Shown: positions 27,126 to 37,819 of the stretch, piece after piece | Layout: each line of letters opens with the position of its first letter | Numbering within the stretch: the stretch's first letter is position 1 | Assembly (NCBI GenBank): GCA_051294375.1 | Contig: CM119265.1 | Coordinates: forward strand, 17,139,172 to 17,203,171 | DNA: 64,000 nt | Direction: 5' to 3' | Source of the DNA: Paraspadella gotoi | Lineage: Eukaryota; Animalia; Chaetognatha | The notes under the pieces: model-generated | Told to the model about the DNA's origin: nothing | Database searches by the model: none | What the model saw: only the letters and a program-made list of their open reading frames with translations | Translations under genes and position numbers: made by a program

Positions 27126-29654
27126 TCCAAAGGAGCATTTTTCTCGATTCATCGCGACGCCGCGTTGGCGGTCGACCCACGGCCCCCTAGATTTTCGACT
27201 AGACCGCCCTCTCCCCGCAGGCGTCGTCGCTAAGAGGCGTTTCCAATTCCGAGTTGGTTCGAGCGTCTTCCCTGTGGGCCGACGACGTAGAGAGCCTCCC
27301 TCGCCCGCGTTGAGGGCGACGTTGAGACGATGGCGCGCTTATTGCCGACGATCCCACGGAAGCGTTTCTGGTCGACGCGGCCCCCGAGGCGATCCATTTG
27401 CGTGAGCTCGAACGGTGCTTCAATACCGATCACGTCCTTCTCGCCTCTCTTGGTTAAGAATCCACCGCTGTCGGACGCTCGACGACGATTTCCGAGAGAC
27501 CGAAGTTCGGGAAACGGGCTGGGACGAGGCTCTGGGGAGCGCTGCGCTGAGGCCGAGCGGATCGCGTGAAGGATTCAGACGGGATGAGAGGAACTATCTC
27601 GCTGATCTTTAAGTCGCCTAAACATATCAACGATAGTGTCATCTTCGTCGTTACTCTCGGGTGATGTAGGGACGGTTGAAGAGAGGAAGGTGTGGGTAGT
27701 AGGGGAAGGTGGGAGTAGGGGAGAGGTTGGAGTAGCAAGCATGGTGAAGGAGAGGAAGATGGAGTAGCCCGAAGGTGAAGCAGCGTGAATTTTCGACACT
27801 TTCGCCCTTCCTCTCTTGTCCTTTCGCCGCTCAGGAAAATATGGTCCATCATGTTACTTAACAGCTTCAGCCTGAGCCGATGTAAGGAGTAATTTGACGC
27901 CGATGCTGTAGTGTGGAGTGACACTCAACAACTTGAGAAGAAGCTTGATATACGAATTCCATCTCAAGCAGTTTAAATACAGAGCCGGCGTTGTGGCTCC
28001 ATCCAGCGGATTACCTCATTTCGTAAGAATTATGCGAGATCGTAGACGAGGTAGGTTCCAAGCGCGCCGTTGCGATAGGTATTCGCCGATGCTGATGGAC
28101 GCTCCGGTCAGTCTCAAGACGATTATCTGTAGACGAGCTCGTGGGAAAGCGAAATTATTTCCGGATTGCATCCTTATACTGAACGTTCAGCATTCATGAT
28201 GCCCTTTCGTCGTTTCCCTTCACTTGGCGATTCTGATATGGTCGATTGAACCTCTTGGATAAAGGGCCGATTCGAATTTCATCTTGATGGCTGCGCGGGA
28301 AAGCACGGTCGGTGGCAACTGGAGATGGTCGCCATCGAGGACGACCTTAGCCCACGTTGAATTTGGCCATAGGGATGAGGAGGTCCGGCTTCGACCGCTT
28401 GTCCAACATTCGTCGACGATGAGGCAGTTTGAAACACTTATCACGGATGGCTGAACATCCAGGCCAGATCCGGCGGCCGTTCAGCGTTGAGGAAAGATGA
28501 TGTTCTCGGCGTTCAATAAGCTTATTTATTCGTTCACAGGGTTCACCGAGGCGAGAAAGTCATCCGACCTCGTTCGCAATTTTCTTTCTCTAAGAACCCA
28601 TCCGCCACAAGTTTAAATCCATATGGCAACAGTGCGAGTTTTCATGCGAATCAGTGAGGTTGTCGACGGCGGCATTTTGGACGGCGCGTCAGACCAAAAC
28701 GCCGCGCCACTGGTGTCCGCATCGCTCCCGTAAAGGAAGAAGGAGTCTCCAGTAGCCGACGATGAAGCTCGATTTTCCCATGCCCGGTGCGGCCCCTGAA
28801 TAAGAGCCATTCTCCGGCCCATTTTCCAGTATGATAAATCATCGACAAGCCAAGAGCATGATAGCGTCTTTCTGTTGAGTCGTTTGAAGGGCGCCTATGC
28901 ATGTTTAGCGTAAGCTCGCCCTCGCGTCCCCTGGCAAATTGACAACACCGAGATTAATCTCGTCGCCGACACAGAGAAATTTACGGAAATGGATGCAATA
29001 TCGTTCCAGCGTTGAAGCTCTCGCCAAAAAATCAACGATGGCGACCCCGTACGACTGAAATTGGGTCAAGATTGAAGTCGATGACGAGTTAATAAAGACC
29101 TGGCTCAGCCATAGCGAATTCGCCAACTCCATTATGACGATTTTGTCCATCAATTGAGATGATGAGAAAAACTTTGGCTTCGATCGTGGGTATACGCACT
29201 CGCGGACGTAACGACGGCGTTCGGCCGACGACGCCGCACCGTCATAGGGCTTTAAGAATTGACTTTGGCCGGCAGGTTCAGTTTTTTGGCGTGGTCGGTA
29301 ACTCCTTCATCGATACCCAGCAGAAAAAAGAAACGGTGAGGGCGTCGTTATCTTTCATGGAATCCTTTTTTCCCCGTCATTCGACATTGGGTCGTCTCCA
29401 CGTGGCTTCTTGTCTGCTCTGTTCCGCTCATGCTGCTTTCAGCGTCTACGTGCAGGAGCGGAGATAGGTCATTTGACGTCCTTGTAATTTCTTTCTCGTG
29501 AGAAATCAGTCTTTAAGTTTAGACATTTTTCTTATTCGCATGGCAAGCGACGTTTCTTGAAGAAGTTCCTCCGCGGTCAGGTCCGAGGATGGGGCCTGAC
29601 GACGTTCCATTGAGAAAGTCCTCCCTTTAAAGAATGAAGGTTATTCACAGACAT
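27126..29654 (-). pseudogene. Frameshifted second copy of the Sen1/UPF1-like helicase gene (pseudogene or sequencing-error copy)
   Basis: Same ATG context (ttattcacagacat) and motif fragments (MALIQGP, GDHLQLPPTVLSRAAIKMKF), but many indels. Confidence 0.85.
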
Positions 29655-29844
29655 GTGTGTGGTGTGTTTTAATGAGAGAGACTAACGGAAGGACTTTCCA
29701 CGTGAAGGATAAACGATTGTCGAAGTTCTTTAGTGGCGTTATGTCTGTGGGGATGGACGAAATTTTGATTTGAATAACCTGGTAACAAATAAAAAGGATT
29801 CCGTAGTTTTGGGGATTTTTACGTTAATTATAGCCGAGGAACAA

Positions 29845-30250
29845 AACAGTTTGAGCAAACAATTGTCGGATCTGCCTTACAATTTAATTAAGCGGTTAAT
29901 CTTGCTAATTCATGATTGATAAATCACAATATTTTTTTATATTTTTTTTAACTCATGCATCATTTTTTTTAAACTTCGCATTCATTTTTTCAACTTAGCA
30001 TAAATTTTTTTCCCCACGCACATTAATTTTTCATACTCATTCATTTTTTAAATTTAACATCATTTTTTACAATTTCGCCATCATTTGTTTAACTCGCATC
30101 ATTTTTTTCCACGCCCACACATGAATTTTTCAATTCATCATTTTTTTCAATTTACATTCATTTTACAATTGCATTCATTTTTTTAACTTGCATCATATTT
30201 TTTTAAACTTGCATCATTTTTTAAACTTGCACCATAATTTCTTCAACTTG
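29845..30250 (-). mobile_element. Truncated HINE/DINE-1-like element end in copy 1
   Basis: gtttgagcaaac followed by the exact subTIR GTCGGATCTGC (29865-29875), then the ~19-bp minisatellite. Confidence 0.7.
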
Positions 30251-31840
30251 AAAAGCTCACAATATTATATATGTGAGCATATAGGCAAATAAGCTTTTTT
30301 CGTGTGGAACTATGCATATTTTTTCTCAATAACACACTGACATAGAAGTTCTCGGATTGTCAACATATTGCGTGCAATATCTTTATTAACACTTCAGGGC
30401 GAGATTTCGCATCATTTTTATTACATAACTCTGACCTCTATAATTCTATATCTATCACTCCTCCTCTGTCAGACATTTCTCGGTCTTTCTACAGCGGGCG
30501 CGCCATAATTGCGAGGTCGTGCAACTTGACATATTCCTATCTGGCATCTTCATTCTCTCTCTTCTCTCTCTTTCTCTCTCGCTCTCTCTCTCTACTCTAC
30601 ACGTCTCATTTTCCTAAATTTACATGGCACGGCTTGACTCTGTCTCCCGTCTTGACTCAAGTCATGACCCAAACTAAGCCCCCAGGGGCCGCTTTGGATT
30701 CTTTCTTTGGCCCAATTCTTGAATCTCTCACTTTCACTACATCGTCACGAGCCCCCACGTCTTTTGTTTTCCTTTCAATCCTGACATCTAACTTTTAGAG
30801 TTTAAAGTAATTACTTCCGAAAGTAATTTTGAACGAAATGTAATTATTAAATAGTTTACTTCGAAGCAACAGTCGAACACTGTATTCTTTACATCTTTCA
30901 GAAAATCACCGGTTCATCGTTCAAATCTGAACGAAACAACGATTTCAATATTAAACTTTTTTCTCCCCCCCCAAGCATTGCCTCAACTTGGATTAAACTT
31001 AAACTTTTCTCGTGGGCTGTTGTGAACTTGAGTAATAATTTATGCAAATAATTTCCTCCCATGTTTTCACGATAGCAAGTTCTGATTTATTTTTTCTTTT
31101 TTGTTTGGGTGGGGCGTGCGGCGATTTAAGACGTTTTCTGCCAAACTCACAGTTTTTTCTTCAAATCGGTGCCAAAGTATTTGTCAGAAATTATTACCCC
31201 AATTTTCTAAGAGATTTGTTTACAAAGTATTACAACGTTTCTAAACAATAGAATCAGTCTATCTCCTCTACGTACAAAGGCACTCCCGACATTTCTCTCC
31301 TTTAATTATTTTTTCAATCCTGGCTCTGCCGTGGATCGACCTTTCTCCATTTCTCGCTCGCAAACTTTCCTTTTTTTTTTCCCTTTTCTGCGTCTCATTA
31401 TTTTCAATTTCTTTTTTTTTTTTCATTATTTCTTTTCCTCCCTCCTTTTTTTTCTTTCTCCTTCTTTTCTCGAATCAAACGATAACATTTTTCTGGTTCC
31501 ACGCGCACTAAATGGAAATGAGCCGCGTCGGCAGGCTCGGCAAAGGGAGTCGGTAGCCGCGTCGGCAGAAAGAAGAGCTACGCCAACATTTCTCAAAGTG
31601 GACAAAGAAATGGGGAGAAAGGAGCGGAATGTACGTCGACAGCGTCGATATCTACGTCGGCAGTGGCGACGGCGTGATTCGGCTGCGTCGGCATTATCAC
31701 CAAATCTGCTGTCGAACAGCCACGTTGATGACGAAGGAGCAAGGACGAGAGGTCGAAATGGCCCTGTCGAAGTAGGGCGAATCAAAGAGAGAGAGAGAGA
31801 GAGGAGAGGAACAGAGAGAGAGAGACTGAGAGAGAGAGAG

Positions 31841-31880
<40 letters not shown>

Positions 31881-31989
31881 CGACGCCGGTTTTATTTTTC
31901 GCAAATGGAAAATAAGAGACAAAGCGACGAAAATCGGCGCCAGATTGGTTTGTTTAAAGCGACGGACGGTTAACAATGGTTCCTACGAT

Positions 31990-32031
<42 letters not shown>

Positions 32032-32244
32032 ACCATGGGCGTGAATTGGACCCAGAGAAAAGTCTCGGGGTGAATGACCGGGTCGCGTGTCGAAGACTCG
32101 AAGAAGACCACTCCTTCCCACACTTAGTTAATTCATTATTGAAATAAAAGTACATCTATTCCGCGCATATTCTCCATGGGCGTTCATTTTTAACGCCGTT
32201 AATCTCGTTATTCATCACCAAATGGATGGATACGAGAGATGAGA

Positions 32245-32281
<37 letters not shown>

Positions 32282-32928
32282 TTCATAGACTGGATGGAAT
32301 TGAGTTGGCTCCATAGAAAGAAAAAAATCCTTAGTTTTTTCTCATTTGCATTAGTAGATAACTATACATAGGAGATATATCGTCACCCGTATGAAAAAAT
32401 TATCCTTTTTTATTAAATTTCATTGTAAACAGTTGAAGCTTTTTAATAACTATGTATAAATGTTAAAAAATACTTAAAAACGACACTGTGTCCATAAAAT
32501 AAGGCTTAATTGAAATATAAAATATACGATAACAACGATAAACAATATATATAATATATAATATAATAAATAAATAAAATAGAAATAACGGAAAGACGAA
32601 AAAAAGGAAACGAAAGTGGAGGGGAAAGATAATCTGTGTGGAAGTTTAGCGCGAAAGAGTCAAGACTCAAGAGGTAGAGAGGATATTTGAAGGATGAGAG
32701 GTGAGATCGAAAAAGCTTCGACGGATTTAAAGGGATCTGAGTTGAGGTGAAAAATTTAGCGACAGGTGGGGTGCGCGGACCGGCTGGGCGAGGGGGTAGG
32801 GGGAGTGTGGACGAGCCTCTCGATCGCCGCGGCTCGAACTTTGGTCAACTTTAATGCGACGAATCGTTGGGCGTTAGGAGGGGGCCACGGTTGGAGAGAG
32901 AAGCCGCATTCGAAAATAGAGAGATAAG

Positions 32929-32991
<63 letters not shown>

Positions 32992-34875
32992 GGTTTATTA
33001 TAAGTAAATAAACGAAATTTACAATGTTAAAAAATATGCGAAAAAAAAAAAAACCGTTAAAAGGAAATAGCCAATGTATGGTCAATTGGCCTCTGGCCGA
33101 TTCGCCATTCCAAAGAAAATTTCGAAAATATCAAGCTTTCCCGAATTATTGTTCATAAAGGGCAATTGGGAAAGGAGCTCAACAAAGGTTGCGTGAGAAA
33201 GAGGTATGGATAAAGAGATCACAAGGAGGTGGGTTGAGGGCGAACGAGGTAAGCGAAAGGGTGTAAAAAGACGTAAAGAGATGGCGCGCAAAAAACGATC
33301 CGATGAAACGAGGAAGCGATATTAAAAGAAAAGAAGCGAGGTGAGCGAGGTCGTCATGGCGACATCTTGAGAAATGAAGGCCGGGCGGCGGATAATAAAG
33401 AAAATGGCGGCCGCACTTACCTCTCGAGTACAAAGACTCTCACTTTTCAATCGCTTTTCTAAATTCTTTTTTTTTTTCCTCCTGACGGCGGAGAGACGAA
33501 ATGAATGTAAATGGATTTTCTTAAAAGGGTCAACTTTTAGGGGTCAGGGATCGGCGGAGGAAGCGCCGCCGGTTCCCGCCTTTTATTTTTTCCCGCCTTT
33601 TATTTTTTCTTCTTTGGTTTTGTATTTTCGGTTTTTTGTTTAGTTTTTTTGTTTATTTCTTTTTTTTTGTCTCGAAAATGACGCAATTTTTTTTTTTTGT
33701 GAGAGCGGAACGTAATTTCGGGAAAAAAGCAATTCAGTCAGCCTAAAATTGAATTAAAATTAAACTTCAAATTTTTTTTTTTTTTAGAAGTTTTAAAAGA
33801 GAAATTTTTAGGACTTAAAAAAAATGTTTCTGAAAAGACTTTATAATGATTTTTTTAACTCTGGACCAAAAAGACAGGCTTGGGAGAAAAAGTAAACTGG
33901 ACGAAATAAAAACTCGGCGGTGGAAACAATGGTAATAATGCCCTTTTCATTATGGTTTTCTTTATATGAAGTTAATCGTTGTCATCGTTTCAATATATGG
34001 GTTTTTCTTATTTAAAAATAATGCATTTTATTATTTACGGATGCCAGTCCTTTTTATTTGGGGAGAAGCCCGCGACCGGATCGTCGCTTGGCCCGCCACA
34101 AGCAGTCGCAAAGTGCAGGTGACCCAAAGAGCATCTCCCCACCCGCCCAGCAATAGACCCACCCGTTCGAGTCGCCCCGGCATAGCGCCCACTCGCCCCC
34201 AACGAAATTCCATCTCTATTTTACGTTTATCTCACGACGTATTACGTATGCATTTATTCATTCATGCGTAGCGTTGTCGTCGTCGTCGTCGTCGTCGTCT
34301 TAGTAACGGTAGTTGCATTATACGAGGTGAAAAAAGAGACGCATAAAATTAGAAACGAATGAGAAGTAATTATTTCCTTTTTTTTTAATTAAAGAAAAAA
34401 AAAACAATCGGCAAAAATGCAGAAGTAAATTTAGTGAGGAATAACACGAAAACACGTAACACGAAATAAATTTATTTTATAAATTTAAATTAAAACATTT
34501 GTACCGTCGAACGCCAATGTCAATGAAGTATAAAGAGTAAAATCTTATAAATGATAAATTTCGCCGTAATTTGTAATTTTGCAAGAAGGAAACAAAAATG
34601 ATGCAAAACCGAAAGGACGACTCTGACGCTTAAGATGAAACGCGAGAGACGAAACTCTAGCGACGTCCAATCCTGGAGAACGCGTCCGCCGACGACGACG
34701 GCGACGACGAAAACGACGACATTAAAAACAACGACGAGAGAGACGACCTCGACGACGAACGCGATCCTTTACTTCTTTTACGACGACGACGACGACGACG
34801 ACGTTTAGCGATGGAGACGACTCCAGACGCAGCGTCGGTTGAAACGGCGAAAGACTCTTTCGCGCCGCGCCGCGC

Positions 34876-34931
<56 letters not shown>

Positions 34932-36201
34932 GGCGTTATTATGGATTCGACGCTGAGTAGGCTCAAACATGGAGGCATGCTTTATGGGTATGGAATGTGT
35001 CTCGCTGCATATTTTTTTAATCTCCAGATTGTTATATAAAATTATGTAAAATTTGGATTTTTGAGTTTTTTTAGTCGCTTCATCTCATGTCTCTTTCTAT
35101 GAAGTAAAAAAAAAAGTATCGAAGAATAAACAATCAAAATTCTTTTGTTTTTTCGAATTTCTTTTTTGAAATACAGCGGAGTCTGTTTAATTATCAAAGC
35201 GGCATTTTTTTTAAACGTTGCATTGTCGCAAAATGACCGAGGGAGGTGCTTGACTCACACTCAGAACCTGCTTAGGGTTAACTTCCCCACGTTCGGGACT
35301 GACGGCAATGGCACTGCGATAACTCCTGCAGCATAGTGTGAATATGGTTTAAATATCTCGCCTCTTTGATCTTTCATATGATACTAGCAACTAGGCTATG
35401 TTTAAAACTTTTTTCGTATGCAATATACCAGCCTTCACTGTACGGCGTTTAATTTGAAGTGCGTGCTTCACTCTTTTTTTCATAAAGCAGCTCTTTTCAT
35501 TTCATAATTTGGTTTCGCCTTCCGTCCTTTGTTGCCAGAAATTTAAAAAAAAAAAGAAGAAAAACATCAAACAAAAGGAGAATAAAAAAATTAACTATTT
35601 CCAATAAATCGACGGCGATGCTCGTTGCCAAGGAGACGGAGATGCCGCGTCGTTTCTTCAAACGTCGATGATCTGCATATTGCCAACGATCTTACGAACC
35701 GTTTTTTTTTTCCGTTTACAGGACTTTACGCCAAAGAACAATTTTTAAAATTTAGTTTAATTTCGTGGTCGGATAAGGAGCTATCTCGTCAAGTTATAAA
35801 ATAAATTTTAGGTACCTTTTTAAAAACGGTCGAGATGTAAATTTTCTCACGGACCACTAACGATATTTACCTTTATTTCATCGTTCCTCTTTCTTAAACA
35901 TGAAATTTCTTGGAAAATCTGAAATAAGGGATTTTTCTCGATTTTCGCCGAAATTTGTTACAGATTCAAGGCAAGGAGTTTGGACCTATTTTTAAAGGGG
36001 AGCTCCATCTCGCCGTCTGCTTCCTTAGCGAGTCTCAAATCCCATCTTTGCGTCAAATCAGAAAAATAAACATGGGAAAGTAAATCAGCAGGAGGCAGCG
36101 AGAAAGAGAGAGAGAGAGAGAGACAGACAGAGAGAGAGATGAGAGAGTAGAGGGAGGGAGAGAAGAGGAGAAGAGAGAAGAGCAGAGAAGAGAGAGCAGA
36201 G

Positions 36202-36232
<31 letters not shown>

Positions 36233-36706
36233 CAAAGAACGCCAGCTTCTATTTCCCCCATTTTCCCAAGGCTCAACCACGTAATCTTTTTCTATGGGTA
36301 CCATAAATTCTAATTTTCTCCCAACAATTAGATTTTCACGGGCCTGAATAAAGGGTCTCTCCTGTCGCCCTCTGTGTAGAAACGACGAAAAACTAACTCC
36401 CCGTTTTTTGGTTTTTTTTTTGTACTGCGGTCCTGGTTTTTATTAGCGCACAACGACGAAAGAATGGAAAATAAGAAATTATAATATATGAAATTGATAC
36501 AACCAATATAATAATATATAATTCGCTTGTTAGTAATACCGAACAAGAAGTCTGCGAGCCTTCGCCAAAAAAAAAAAAAAAAATCATTCCCTTCCCTTCG
36601 CTTATGATGACCATCAAAACCGTCGAACCCGAAACTATATTTATATCAGACTTGGCGACGGAGGCGTGTCCGCTGTGCAGGGAGGCGTGGCAGCGGAAGT
36701 GCGGCG

Positions 36707-36749
<43 letters not shown>

Positions 36750-37188
36750 GAGCGAAACGGCCCCGTGATTGTCAGTCAGGGCTGGCGGGCCAGTGCCGTG
36801 AGGGCGGAAGGAAAAGAAGGGCAGTCGAAGACTATGGATGATAGAAGAGCTCGTAGTGTCGGAGGCCGACGGCGAAGGCTATATACTTGGATAGTTAGAA
36901 AATAAGTAATCAAGTCGTGACCCTTTTTAGCATCTAGTCGTCGTCCCCGTATTTTCCGCTCTAAGGGCGTGGAGGCTTTCTAAAAATGAAAGAAAAAAAA
37001 AAAAGCCTCCATTTTGCGGCGTGACTCAGAGATCAGATTTCCCGGGGAAATTCGAGCCAATGACCCGCAACCTCAATATTTGCGGCCTCTCCCGTCACCC
37101 GAGAGGGCGCCTCGGATCCCGCCGTTCACCCCGTGACCCTCGAAAGTCGAAACCGAATAGCGTCGCGGGATTTTGTTGATTTCTCTGA

Positions 37189-37223
<35 letters not shown>

Positions 37224-37819
37224 TCTCGAAATCGCGGGCGCCGTTTGAGACGAACAGAGCGGAAAATGTTTTAATACTTAGCGCCTCAGACATTCATTTT
37301 ACGTATTACATTATGTATCTCACTCGAATATTAAGATTTCGAAGCGGCTCTCCGATAAATACATCAGTTTCGAGTTCATAGATAATTTCACCAATAAAAT
37401 TATTCATCGTTAGCATAAGGAGATTAGAGTACGTATGCGGCTATGAGTAATGACTATGTAAAAATTAAAAATTAAAAAAAGGATGTAAAACAATAAAAAT
37501 TGTATTGTGACTTTAATTTATGGCATAACAAAACATGAAAAACATTTTTCATGAAAAAAAAAATCAATTCTAAAAAGAAAGAAATTTAAAAATTTAAATT
37601 AATTTAGTAACATCGATAGGAGATTATTATGTTAAAAAAAAACAACAAAAACAAACTAGTATTATTTTTCTCTTTTGGGGAAAATGGAAATCTTCAAAAA
37701 ATTAAATTGTTATTTATAATATTCTATTTCTGAAGGCAGGTTTTAAAGACCACAATGAAACTACATCAACAATTTCATAGAGTTTTACCATGAATAGAGT
37801 TTTCAAAAAAAACAAAAGA

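Larger units (their letters stand above)
19178..30250 (+). repeat. Copy 1 (insertion-rich) of a ~10-11 kb direct tandem duplication
   Basis: Collinear with 30550-40725. Anchors 21026/32083 and 29654/40183 span 8628 vs 8100 bp, so copy 1 is ~6.5% longer through scattered small insertions. Confidence 0.95.
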
